Source: a virus
Direction: 5' to 3' (one strand)
IMG/VR virus record: IMGVR_UViG_3300037091_000060
Span: 36,421 to 100,420 of that record
DNA length: 64,000 nucleotides
Shown: positions 9,404 to 19,200 of the stretch, in pieces
How positions within the stretch are numbered: position 1 is the first letter of the stretch
Layout: every line of letters begins with the position of its first letter
Translations under genes and position numbers: made by a program
Notes under the pieces: generated by a model
What the model saw: the letters and a program-made list of their open reading frames with translations, nothing else
Databases searched by the model: none
Told to the model about the DNA's origin: nothing

Positions 9404-9844
9404 ATGTTGTGTGGTGAGAAATCAGTTCGCCACACATTTCCTTGCGGCTGTTCGGGAACATTATCTATTAATCGGAGTAAATTTATCGACGTAAGAAATC
9501 ATCGAGGTGGGAGAAAGTCTGCCCATTGTCGCGTGATGGCAATATTGAGTGCCTCGCAACAAAGAGCCAAAAAGTATAAATATACTCCAGTCAATCGAGA
9601 CACGCTACATTCTCTAGTTAGGAAGTTAATGAGAGTCAAAGAGTGCTGGCGTTGCAGACAACCGCTAGAGTGGGTCTTCGGTCGCGGAAAGACGCCGCAC
9701 CTCCACCACGACCACGAAACCGGAGAGGTTCATGGTTTCACACACCCAAGCTGCAATCCAAAGGCGTTGCTACACGAGATTGATGATTTGAGAAAAGAAC
9801 TCGCTATTTTAAAAATTTCACTTGACAAGACTCTCCAATCATGA
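9404..9844 (+). CDS. endonuclease VII-like HNH protein
   Basis: CWRC...HLHHDHETGEVHGFTHPSCN. Confidence 0.75.
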   Translation: MLCGEKSVRHTFPCGCSGTLSINRSKFIDVRNHRGGRKSAHCRVMAILSASQQRAKKYKYTPVNRDTLHSLVRKLMRVKECWRCRQPLEWVFGRGKTPHLHHDHETGEVHGFTHPSCNPKALLHEIDDLRKELAILKISLDKTLQS

Positions 9845-9850
9845 GATGCT
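9822..9850 (+). promoter_or_regulatory. sigma70-type promoter of the integrase
   Basis: TTGACA-17 bp-GATGCT with an extended TG. Confidence 0.5.
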
Positions 9851-9870
9851 TTGGATACGGAGAAACGCAT

Positions 9871-10743
9871 ATGACTTTTCGAGAACAGGCTGAGAAATAT
9901 ATGCTTGAGATCGCTAATCGAAAGGGTGCCCCAGCGAGAGCTACCACCCTTCACGTCTATCGCTCCGTTCTCGATGCCCGCGTACTTCCCGCTATCGGCG
10001 GGGCAGATATGGCGGCCATTAACAATAAAACCGTCAAGATGCTCGTCGGTCGTCTCGCAGAGGCCCGATTGAGTCCTGCCACCATATCCTTGACGGTCGC
10101 ACTTGTGAAACAGATCGTCGCGTCCGCCACGGATGACGAGGGTACCTACCTGTACCCGGTGAAATGGAACCCCAAGTTTATAGACGCTCCCCGGGTCGAC
10201 CCAGCCTCCCAGACCACGCCTATTGCCTCGGTTGCTGCCATTACGGCTGCATTACAGACGACATCGGGCGAAGTTGGGGTATTGGTAGCCTTATTGGCTG
10301 GAACGGGCCTACGGGTCGGGGAAGCCCTCGCCTTGAAGGCATCTGACTGGGACCGGGACGCGGGCACCCTCCGAATTCACTCCACGATGGTCAAGGGCCA
10401 AGTCCAGCCGGACCCGAAAACGAAGGCCGGGAACCGGGTGGTCGACCTAGACCCCTCGCTGAATCGATTCCTTAGCGCGCTGCTTCCGACCGAGGGCCGC
10501 CTGTTTTCATCCCCGGAGCGCACCCTGCACTTCCGCCTTGCGAAGCTGGGCATCCACGGGTTCCACAGTTTGCGCAGATTTCGCATCACGTATTTGCAAG
10601 GCACGGCAATCCCGCCTACGCTGGTGAAGTTCTGGGCGGGTCACGCGGCGGGAGACATCACAGAGCGTTACACAAAATTCGGAGCACAAATTCAAGAGAG
10701 GAAGGTCTGGTCGGAGAAGGCCGGATTAGGGTTCTCGTTGTGA
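9871..10743 (+). CDS. tyrosine recombinase/integrase
   Basis: TGLRVGE (R), KTK, HSLR, GH and terminal RY catalytic residues; GGAG SD supports MTFREQ as the start. Confidence 0.9.
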   Translation: MTFREQAEKYMLEIANRKGAPARATTLHVYRSVLDARVLPAIGGADMAAINNKTVKMLVGRLAEARLSPATISLTVALVKQIVASATDDEGTYLYPVKWNPKFIDAPRVDPASQTTPIASVAAITAALQTTSGEVGVLVALLAGTGLRVGEALALKASDWDRDAGTLRIHSTMVKGQVQPDPKTKAGNRVVDLDPSLNRFLSALLPTEGRLFSSPERTLHFRLAKLGIHGFHSLRRFRITYLQGTAIPPTLVKFWAGHAAGDITERYTKFGAQIQERKVWSEKAGLGFSL

Positions 10744-10819
10744 TGTTCCACATCTACAAATGGATTTTCGTCCTCACTGGGAACCAGTGGGCATGGGACA
10801 AGTTACAGGAGAAACGACG

Positions 10820-11002
10820 ATGACCAATTCACACATTAAGATAATTTTGTTTGGCGTGGTGCTGTTCATTATGTCCACGATACTGACGGTCGATTTAATA
10901 AACCGCCAGTGCCACGGTCAGTGCTTTCAGAAACATGACAAGGGTTGCCAAGCGCGCTGCTTCGACCGGGGTGTGTGCCCGATGTCCGGGGGAGACCAGT
11001 AG
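10820..11002 (+). CDS. small membrane protein with Cys-rich tail
   Basis: AGGAG SD; one TM segment, then 5 Cys. Confidence 0.5.
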   Translation: MTNSHIKIILFGVVLFIMSTILTVDLINRQCHGQCFQKHDKGCQARCFDRGVCPMSGGDQ

Positions 11003-11190
11003 TGCCCGGTAAGGACATCCCGGCAATCGAGTGGAAGACCCTCTTGGACGCCGACCACGTCGCGCATGTCGGCCCCGCACTAGACGGAAGAATGATGTCG
11101 GGGCATAAACTAACTCTGGCCTGCGCTTGCTGCCCGAAGGTAGACCGGACACGCTACGCCTTAATCGTTGTACACAACGTAATTCACTGA
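11002..11190 (+). CDS. hypothetical protein
   Basis: HVGP...H...CACCPKV...VVHN motif; GTG start inferred. Confidence 0.45.
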   Translation: MPGKDIPAIEWKTLLDADHVAHVGPALDGRMMSGHKLTLACACCPKVDRTRYALIVVHNVIH

Positions 11191-11198
11191 GAGGGAAT

Positions 11199-11429
11199 AT
11201 GAGAGCAGAAGTAAAGAAGATAGGCGAGAAGGAATTCGAAGTTGTGCTGGGGAACCACGTGATCGGGACCGCGAAGTCGGACTGCGACGCGCGCTTCCAC
11301 ATGCACGCTATCAACAGAGAGATTGACGCGCTAACCGAGAGGCATGATTGGAAGGGACAGGCTGACGGGTATCACGGCGGCGAATCTGAAAGTGAAAAGT
11401 TCCAAGACGAGTTAGAACCTCTCCCATGA
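11199..11429 (+). CDS. hypothetical protein
   Basis: GAGG SD before MRAEVKK. Confidence 0.55.
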   Translation: MRAEVKKIGEKEFEVVLGNHVIGTAKSDCDARFHMHAINREIDALTERHDWKGQADGYHGGESESEKFQDELEPLP

Positions 11430-11665
11430 AATGTATCACAGTGAAGGGTGAACAGTTCCGGCACCAGTTCTTATACACGGGTGTCGGCGATGAGCGTCGG
11501 TGCCACTTCTGTCAGTTGACCGTGCTGACATCGAGTGATGAAGTGATGGAAGAGACCTACCCCGGGCAGACGTACTTCCATGAACACAACCCGAACATCA
11601 AACGCGCGGAACAGGATTATAAGGCTCAAAATCCTCGGCGTACTGATCTCGGTTCGAAGTCGTAG
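11426..11665 (+). CDS. hypothetical protein (last + strand gene)
   Basis: ATGA-coupled; converges with the - strand block. Confidence 0.5.
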   Translation: MKCITVKGEQFRHQFLYTGVGDERRCHFCQLTVLTSSDEVMEETYPGQTYFHEHNPNIKRAEQDYKAQNPRRTDLGSKS

Positions 11666-12350
11666 CCATAATCTCCCTCGCGCGCTGTATCCTCGTTCCT
11701 AAATCCAGCCCGTAATTTTTGTAAATATCCAAACTGTCATAAGCCCGAAAACCGATGTGCGCGCAAACCGGAGCCTTCGGGTACGCGGGCAGCCAGTCGT
11801 TCTGGCGCATCACATTGCGAACGAGACCATCATCAAGTTGGGTGATTTCGTGCCATGCCCCGAACGTACGGTCTAGATATCCACGCATGTCTTGAAAGTA
11901 GGCGTCGCAAATATGGGGAATAAGCCTGTCCAAGAGCGGACGACGCAAGAGGCTACCCGGGTTGGTGTAAAGGTGGCGGAACTTCCAACGGCCATCGTGG
12001 TGATACCGACCGCAACTGGCGACCGCCGTCTGGCTCTCATGCCACTGAAAATAGTACGGGTAGATTAGAACATCCTCCTCGATGAGGTAGACGTTCTCCG
12101 CGCACTTCGCGGCGTTCTTAATCGCGTGCAAGATGTTCCAACTGCCGGAGGGGGCCTTCGCGTGAGGACGGGCACGAAATAAAATAGCCTCCGGAAGGTA
12201 GAGATCGCGAACGATCTTCATCTCACGGAGGCGAGAATCTGATACCGAGTCGGCGTAGATGTGAACCGCTGGCCTACCTGCCGCGCTTGCGAGTTTTTCC
12301 AGTGTAAGCGCGAGCAGTTCCGGACGGTTTGCTGCCGGAATTGCCACCAC
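11598..12350 (-). CDS. putative GT-A glycosyltransferase
   Basis: AIPAANRPE, IYAD, LIEEDV, QLDDG and AHIG motifs; start uncertain (ORF extends to 12479). Confidence 0.6.
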   Translation of the reverse strand: MVAIPAANRPELLALTLEKLASAAGRPAVHIYADSVSDSRLREMKIVRDLYLPEAILFRARPHAKAPSGSWNILHAIKNAAKCAENVYLIEEDVLIYPYYFQWHESQTAVASCGRYHHDGRWKFRHLYTNPGSLLRRPLLDRLIPHICDAYFQDMRGYLDRTFGAWHEITQLDDGLVRNVMRQNDWLPAYPKAPVCAHIGFRAYDSLDIYKNYGLDLGTRIQRAREIMATTSNRDQYAEDFEPYNPVPRV

Positions 12351-12489
12351 TTGCGTTGTTAAGTTTTGGCCCACTGTCTTCTCCAAACGCCGCGTCCCAC
12401 TTCTCTTGCGAAACGTTGTTGACCCCCCACGTGGCCTTGATCGCGCCTCGTGCGAGTTTGTCTCCACTTCCGATATCACCTAGTGACAT
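12274..12489 (-). CDS. hypothetical protein
   Basis: Strong AAGGAG SD before MSLGD. Confidence 0.5.
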   Translation of the reverse strand: MSLGDIGSGDKLARGAIKATWGVNNVSQEKWDAAFGEDSGPKLNNASGGNSGSKPSGTARAYTGKTRKRGR

Positions 12490-12491
12490 TG

Positions 12492-12656
12492 TTATTCTCC
12501 TTTATAATCCGGATGCTGCAATTCTTTTGGAATGTCCGCCTCAAGTTCTGCGGGCAGAGGCTTATTGGGGTCCGCTCCCGGCCAATTGGTCCGGACGTAG
12601 TTCTCCCGCGTTACCGGGGTGCCCTTCTTTTTCAAGTAGTCCAGAACGTAATCCAT
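12492..12656 (-). CDS. 54-aa hypothetical protein (not in ORF track)
   Basis: MDYVLDYLKKKGTPVTRENYVRTNWP...; follows a promoter and an AGGA SD. Confidence 0.6.
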   Translation of the reverse strand: MDYVLDYLKKKGTPVTRENYVRTNWPGADPNKPLPAELEADIPKELQHPDYKGE

Positions 12657-12671
12657 AAGTCTCATCCTTTT

Positions 12672-12700
12672 ATCGTAGCATTTTCTACTGGGGTTGTCAA
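12672..12700 (-). promoter_or_regulatory. sigma70-type promoter
   Basis: TTGACA-17 bp-TACGAT with an extended TG. Confidence 0.7.
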
Positions 12701-12708
12701 GCCTTATT

Positions 12709-13683
12709 TTAACTGTTCGACGCGTTAATGAGCGCGGGCGTAAAGTTTATGTTGGAGAGGTTCGTGTTGGAGACGACCACGTACGCTCTGCGGAGGTACA
12801 CCCGCACGTTCGCCGGGTCCGTTGCCTCGATGATGTACTCGCCAACAGGAACTGTAAACGAGTAATTTCCGTTCGCGTCGCTGATCGTAAACAAGGTTTG
12901 AGTTTTAGAACTATCGACGCGAGTCGGCGTCATTTGAATCAAAATATTCGAGAAGCTAACGCTCCCGGACACGTTAACAGACCCCGCCGTCAAGCTACAG
13001 ATATCAACTGGCGGCTGGGTTGCGCCAGCGGGACACGGTGTAAGTAGCGACCCGTTCCCTGTATCACCGTTCGACAAAGTATTTCCGTTTCCCGAACTAT
13101 CAAGTGTAAGATTGTCCCCACAAAACTTCCACCACCCTACTAGGTTATTAGAACTTGGCGTACCGCCTAAAGCGACGGACGCTATCTGCGAGTCAGAGAG
13201 CACGGTATTGTAGATGCGTAGGTCGGAGAGTTCACCGTCGTACTGGTTGGTGCCGCCGTCGTTACCGATATATGCAAACCCGGCTGTGTCGTTTTTCGGA
13301 GTCTGCCCCGTTGGTACCGTGGCCTCCGCAGTGTAAGTGATCTCCGCGCCGTTCCGGTAGAGTTTCAAAGGACCGCCGTCCACTATATCGAATGACATAG
13401 TGTAGTGGAACCAAGTACCCAGTGTGAGAAGGTTGGTTAAGGAATCTGATGTCGCGGGACCAGATGGGTTGTACTTTATCTTGACGCCCATTTGTCCGCT
13501 TGAACTAATCCAGCAGACATCTGTGTAGACACTGGCCGGGGCCTTCACGAACATAGCTGGCTGGGAGTTCGGATATGACAAGGGCTTGACCCACATGCAG
13601 ATAGTCCCTTTACCAAGATTCCCGTATGCCGTAGACCCCGGTGCCGTCAGTCCCGATGTGGTGCCGTTCGTTCGTACGCTCAT
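12709..13683 (-). CDS. LamG/ConA-like lectin virion protein with C-terminal prealbumin-like domain
   Basis: TICMWVKP, LKLYRNG, YDGELSDLRIYNTVLS, LVGWWKF, DSSGNGN. Confidence 0.8.
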   Translation of the reverse strand: MSVRTNGTTSGLTAPGSTAYGNLGKGTICMWVKPLSYPNSQPAMFVKAPASVYTDVCWISSSGQMGVKIKYNPSGPATSDSLTNLLTLGTWFHYTMSFDIVDGGPLKLYRNGAEITYTAEATVPTGQTPKNDTAGFAYIGNDGGTNQYDGELSDLRIYNTVLSDSQIASVALGGTPSSNNLVGWWKFCGDNLTLDSSGNGNTLSNGDTGNGSLLTPCPAGATQPPVDICSLTAGSVNVSGSVSFSNILIQMTPTRVDSSKTQTLFTISDANGNYSFTVPVGEYIIEATDPANVRVYLRRAYVVVSNTNLSNINFTPALINASNS

Positions 13684-16275
13684 TTAACTTCCGTTCCATG
13701 AGTTCACAGCCGATGGCGTGAGATTAATATCCGTGTTGGCGTTCACGCCGTCTACCACCACGAGGACTTGAAGTCTATACACGAAACCCGACGCCCATGC
13801 GCCGATGTAGTATCTCCCGACAGGCAGATTGGAGAAGCTATAATTGCCAGAAGAGTCTGAGAGGGTAGTGAAAATCTGAGTTTTGCTGCTGTCAAAGTGA
13901 TCGCTGACACACTCGACCAGCGCGCCAGTTTTGACAACATTTCCTGAGATGGCCCCAGAAGTAGGAACAGGAATGCCCGTCACAAAGTTCACCGTTGAGC
14001 CGGGGGCTAACAAGGTTCCAGCGGCTGGATTAGAACTGATAACGAGACCGCCCGAACCAGTTATTGTACCAACTGCGAAACCTTCACTGATTAACAGTGC
14101 TATGGCCTGCGCTTGAGTTAAACCAATCAAACTCGACGAGAGAACAAGGCCCGTATTGCCGCCCGCCCATAAACTGATCTGTGCATCAGTGAGGGCAATC
14201 GTGTTATTGATCTGAATTCCGGGGAATCCGGATGTGATCGAGGCAGCGTAATCCTGCGCTTGCAGAATCAGGAACCCGTTCTGGTAAACCGACAAGACAA
14301 TGCTGCCGTCACTTCCTTGGGTGGATGCAAGCCTGATGACATCACCAACTTGCACAGTAAGGTTGTTAGGGGTTGCGTTTGGATTAGAGAGAACAGTTCC
14401 TACGTTGTTGACTGACTTTCCGATTTGGAAATCTACGCCACCTGTAATTGTGCCTGTCGGCGAAGTGAGTTGTGCGTAGTAATAAGTGTGTGTCGCGACT
14501 TGTCCCAAAACAAGCGGGAGTATGAACTGAGCCGTACGTCCACCCACCATAGCGTGTACCGTTATCTCACTGTATTGGTTTACACCAAAAGATGCTCCAG
14601 TGTATAAGCCTACGCAGCGGCTTCCGGCAGTAGTTGTTGCTTCAACAAATGGTCCGGCAACAATTTTTAAAGCACCAGCCGTAGCCTGGGTGGTCCAGTT
14701 AGCAGATAAAGGTCCCACCCCGCTTGTGAACGCATCCACCGCAACTTGGGTGGTACCGTCTTCGTTCGTTGATACAATCGCGGCCAAGGTAGAGCCTACG
14801 GGAGCAAGAGCTAGGCCGCCTTGATAAACTTGTGGCCCGGTCGAGTCACCCGGCGAACCGACATAGTACATACCGACACGGTTCAACGTTGGCATGTAAA
14901 GTACCGACGTGGCGTAAGCACCTGATTCCGTTGAATTCAAAGACTCCCATAATCCGGAACGGTGAATAGAGTGATGAACGAGCGTCCAGTTAATCAAGTC
15001 GGTGGAACTGTAAAGTACGGTCTCAAGCGGGTCGAAGTTAGGGGCTGATGGGTTTCCTTGTCCCGGTTGGTTGGCGGTTCCGTACATGTAGTAGGTCGAG
15101 CCAATTTTGAGAACGCTGCAATCCATCCCGAAGACGTTTGCTAGAACAGGATTGCCTGAGTTCTGCATCGCCCACGTAATACCGTCGGCTGAAGTTGCGA
15201 GGTAGGTGTTTGGCGCACTACCTGTTCCGTTCAATGCTGAGAACAAGGCATAAAATATTCCAGCGATGACATCAGCGATCACTAGATAATAAACATTGGG
15301 ATACGTCCCACCTGTAGGGAGGTTCGTTGCAGTCTGAGCCGACCAGTGTATCCCGTCCGCGCTGGTGGACATGTAAGCCGTGGCAGAACCTATAGAAGCG
15401 GCTGGTTGGCCCCAGTGATAGTAAATTCCATTGTACTTGAAGACCTGACCGTTAGCGTACGCGCTGATGACTGGATTTGATGAATAGCGTGTCCAGCTTA
15501 TACCGTCTGCCGACTCAGCGTAATTGACCCCGTTGAGATTAGTAAACCAGCCCTTGTATACGCTAGGACCAGCCAGAATCTGTGGATTGGTGTCGTAGAT
15601 AACGCCCTGCATCCCCGTTACGCCAGTCCCGAAGTTACCACCCGAGGCCACTTCCGCAGCGGTGGGCGCGAAGATTACGCCCTGCTTTGTCCAGATACCA
15701 TCTTGTTGAACGGAATTATAACCGCGCCACGATGCAACTTGGGAATTCACGACTGCGTTGGTTGCTGATTGGAAGAACCCCGGTGCGCCACCGGACGGAA
15801 AAGTTGCGTCTCCGATATAGAAAATTCGGGTGCCGTTCTGATAAACAGCAATGACCGCCCCGAGTGCAGAGAGTGACCACACGTCACCGGAAGCAATAGT
15901 TAACCCGGAAACCGTAGAACCAAGTTGGGTTGCAGACCCAGCAGTAATCTTTTGTACAATGAGAGTGGCAACGCCGCTGGCGTGAGTGATGGCAGCTTGG
16001 TATCCACTATTTCCCGACGTATAACGAACACCCAAAGTAAGCACGTTCGTTCCGGTCGTATTTAGTGATTGAATTGTAACTTCCGAAATCTGATCGTTGC
16101 CCCAAGTCAAGGCCGTCCACAATTGTCCGCAAGAGGTATTTATAGCGGTAGGTTCGGCGTAGAAGGGAGACCCAGCGGTAATCGCGGACTCTGCTAGGTT
16201 CGGCCACGCAGACCACCCCGCAGCGAGACTGCCGGATGCGAAATTGTCAGATGCTAGTAGGGTGTTGTTTGCCAT
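13684..16275 (-). CDS. putative receptor-binding/tail protein (glycosidase-like propeller + PASTA-like + prealbumin-like domain)
   Basis: Repeated SADGIxW boxes, YSSNPVI; LIGLTQAQA...VISSNPAAGTLL PASTA-like segment. Confidence 0.65.
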   Translation of the reverse strand: MANNTLLASDNFASGSLAAGWSAWPNLAESAITAGSPFYAEPTAINTSCGQLWTALTWGNDQISEVTIQSLNTTGTNVLTLGVRYTSGNSGYQAAITHASGVATLIVQKITAGSATQLGSTVSGLTIASGDVWSLSALGAVIAVYQNGTRIFYIGDATFPSGGAPGFFQSATNAVVNSQVASWRGYNSVQQDGIWTKQGVIFAPTAAEVASGGNFGTGVTGMQGVIYDTNPQILAGPSVYKGWFTNLNGVNYAESADGISWTRYSSNPVISAYANGQVFKYNGIYYHWGQPAASIGSATAYMSTSADGIHWSAQTATNLPTGGTYPNVYYLVIADVIAGIFYALFSALNGTGSAPNTYLATSADGITWAMQNSGNPVLANVFGMDCSVLKIGSTYYMYGTANQPGQGNPSAPNFDPLETVLYSSTDLINWTLVHHSIHRSGLWESLNSTESGAYATSVLYMPTLNRVGMYYVGSPGDSTGPQVYQGGLALAPVGSTLAAIVSTNEDGTTQVAVDAFTSGVGPLSANWTTQATAGALKIVAGPFVEATTTAGSRCVGLYTGASFGVNQYSEITVHAMVGGRTAQFILPLVLGQVATHTYYYAQLTSPTGTITGGVDFQIGKSVNNVGTVLSNPNATPNNLTVQVGDVIRLASTQGSDGSIVLSVYQNGFLILQAQDYAASITSGFPGIQINNTIALTDAQISLWAGGNTGLVLSSSLIGLTQAQAIALLISEGFAVGTITGSGGLVISSNPAAGTLLAPGSTVNFVTGIPVPTSGAISGNVVKTGALVECVSDHFDSSKTQIFTTLSDSSGNYSFSNLPVGRYYIGAWASGFVYRLQVLVVVDGVNANTDINLTPSAVNSWNGS

Positions 16276-19200
16276 TTATTTCGCTCCGTGAAGATTCAGG
16301 TACTTGCTCTTCAAAACTGGCATATCGCCCAAATTAGCGACGCCCGACTTCTGGGTGTTGCCTCCAAAATCGAAGGTATCTGGCTCCAGTTTTGGAGTCT
16401 TAGGTTTTTCGGCGTTCTCGGATATTTGTTCACGGGCGGTCTTCGCGTACGCGCTGACTTGCTGTTGCGCCTGTGACTGAGTGATCTTGCCGTCCTTGTA
16501 CTTGCCCCAGATGTCATCAATTGCCGTGCGATGGGCTGGGCTGCTCTTCAACTCCGCTGGGAAGTTCTTACGAACCTGTTCCCACGTGATCGATTGTAGT
16601 TGGCGCGGCTGTATGCCGAGTTCCGCAGCGGCTTGACGGTAGGCCTCGGCGTGGACGGCGTACGTGCCCTTCAATCCTGTGGCGGCGACGCTCAGTCTCC
16701 CGAAGTTGTCTAGTACCTCTGGGTCCTTTCCACTCAGCGGACGCTGGTGGCCCGCAGCCACGGCGTGCGTGTCGATGGTAACATGGCCGCCCGGGTTATT
16801 CGGGTCCACGATGTTGTTGTAAAAGTTTCGAACCTTGTGCGACCCGCCTAGGTTGCGGCTGATATTCTCGCGAGAACCATCGTCCAGTATGTTCACGCCC
16901 TTCGCGATTTCGTTCAACGCGCCCCACGCGATCTTGGAATTGGAACCGTCGTTGTTCGTCATCGTGTGAGTGTAGTCGCCTGTGCCCGGGTCTACGTACT
17001 TAAACGAGCGGTCGTTGTGCGTCTCATCCCAGATACGAATGAACGCGGCCTTCTCCAACGGCTCGGTAAGCTGGTTCAACGTTCGGTCGCCAATCGCGTC
17101 GGCCATCCCACCCAGACCAATCTCTCCGGCCTTCTTGTGGGCCTCTGGTGCCAACGAGTCGTCCGCATGCTGGTGGTAGATGTCGGTTGTGCGTTCGGCC
17201 AGCCCGACGTTCATGTTCCAATCTTTTTGAGGCGACATCGCAGCTAACACGCCCGCGCCCTGCTTGGTGCTCTTGCCGTACTTGGAAGCGATGCGGTCGC
17301 CGATCTTGTTCGCGCTCTCGTACCACTTCGCTGTAGCGTCGCGAGTCTCTTTCGGAACCTGATTGTAAAGGTCCTTCAAGTTACTCTTGAACTGGTCGAT
17401 ATATTTGCTGATGACCTTCTGCGGGTCTTTCAGTCCGTCCGGAATTCTCATCCCGGGCATCTCGCGAATCTTGTTCGCAATCTTCACCGCAGCCTCGGGT
17501 GTGACCGAGTGCATGCCAATGTGGACGTTCTCGGTGTGCGGGTCGGCTATCGCCTTCGTGCCAGTGGGAACCGCAGTCGAGATGATTCCCTTCTGCTGGT
17601 CTTCGGTGCCTTCCGCGTTCTTACCGAAATTAAAATCCTCGCCACCCGTGCCCTCTCCGGTGCCGCCAGTTGGGATAGTCTCACCGCTGCCTAAGTGGTA
17701 GATCGCCTTCTGGTTCGCGTCCTGACCCGCCGCAACTGCGGCGTCACGGTCTGTGTGCAGCTTGGTGATATCCAGTACCGACTTCCCAGTGTCCGGGTCC
17801 TTCCACGTTCCCACGGCGCGGTCGCCCTGCGATAGCAGGTCCGCGTTGTCGGCCTTGAACTTCGCCAGAACTTCCGGAGTCAGCTTGTCGACTGACAGGG
17901 TACGATCTGGGTGCGCGCCGACAGAATACAAATCCTTACCAGCGAGGTTCTCGCCCTCTGGCGTGAAGGTAGAGCCACCGTTAGCCTCGTGCGCGGCCAC
18001 TTGATCGGTCTTGTTGACGTTCGACTGTTCCAACGCCTGAATCTTTTGCAGCATCGGCTTCACGTCGCTGGCACTTGGAAATTCCTTTTCGGTTGAAAGG
18101 GTGTTGCGGGTTTCTGGAGAGATATCCGCGCGCTCCATGCGCAAGATGCCGTTACGGTCTCCGTTCGCGCCGAATGAACGGGCCATTGCGTCAGCCTGCT
18201 CCGCACTAACTCCATCTTTTGGTACCGAGAATGCGAGCGTATTACCGCCGCGCTCCCGAGACTTATGCACGCGAATTGCCTTTGACTCGTTTATAAAATC
18301 TTGACGGTTATCCTTATAAACGGTCCCATCGCCAAAACCGTTGGCCCCGCCGCCGTGCTCTTCAATGGCTTCGGTATGATCTACAGGTAAATCGATGTAA
18401 CGGCCATCTGGTGTAATGAAACCAGCGGCACGAGAAATCTTCGGGTCATCGTGGACACCGTACGCACGCTTGATGTTGGCGAGAACCTCATCGTGATCGA
18501 TGTTCGACTGCTCCGTCTTCGGTTTATCCGCAGCCGCGTACTGAGCACGAGACGCGCGCAACTTCTCTGCGGTGGCCTCCGGTGTAACGGTTTCCTTCGG
18601 AGAGAATCCTAACGTGGTCCCAGACTCGGGGTCGTGGAACATGCGGACGTGGTTGTCCTTGTCGAACTCCATGCGCCCGCCCGGGACACCGCCGCCTTCC
18701 TTGATGGCCGCGTCATCCGCAGCATCTCCCGTGGAACGCTCCGGTGGGACACTCGGCGTCTTCTTTATTTCGCTTTTCTCGACCCTATCGGCTGTTTCAC
18801 CCTCTCCATCGCTTCCGCGAACGACTTGTCCGCGTCCGCTTTCACTTCCTCCTGTGTCCTTCTCTTCCGCCCCGTCGCCTGCTGGGCGTGCATCTTTCTC
18901 GCCGCCTTCCCCAGTTCCCCCAGAATCTGGTCCAGAGTCAGTTCCTTCGTGCTCATTGTGTGCCTCCAATATATCTCGTTGAAACTGCATCATTCTACCA
19001 CGGCTCATGTGCAGACTCTCGTGCAAACCGTCTTCACGAACTGCGGCATTAGCTTTAATTCTATCCGCAATATGTGGTTGTGTCAAGAACTTTCTTGTGG
19101 CCTCATACTGCGCGTCTATGTAATCCTCGACCTGCGAGGGGGTCCAATCTGGGTAAGCTGTGCGTACAGCGGTGCGCGCGCCACTCACATCAGTCCTAGT

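Noticed and set aside
10744-10810. attP site downstream of the integrase
   Set aside because: No core or arm repeats recognisable without the host sequence.
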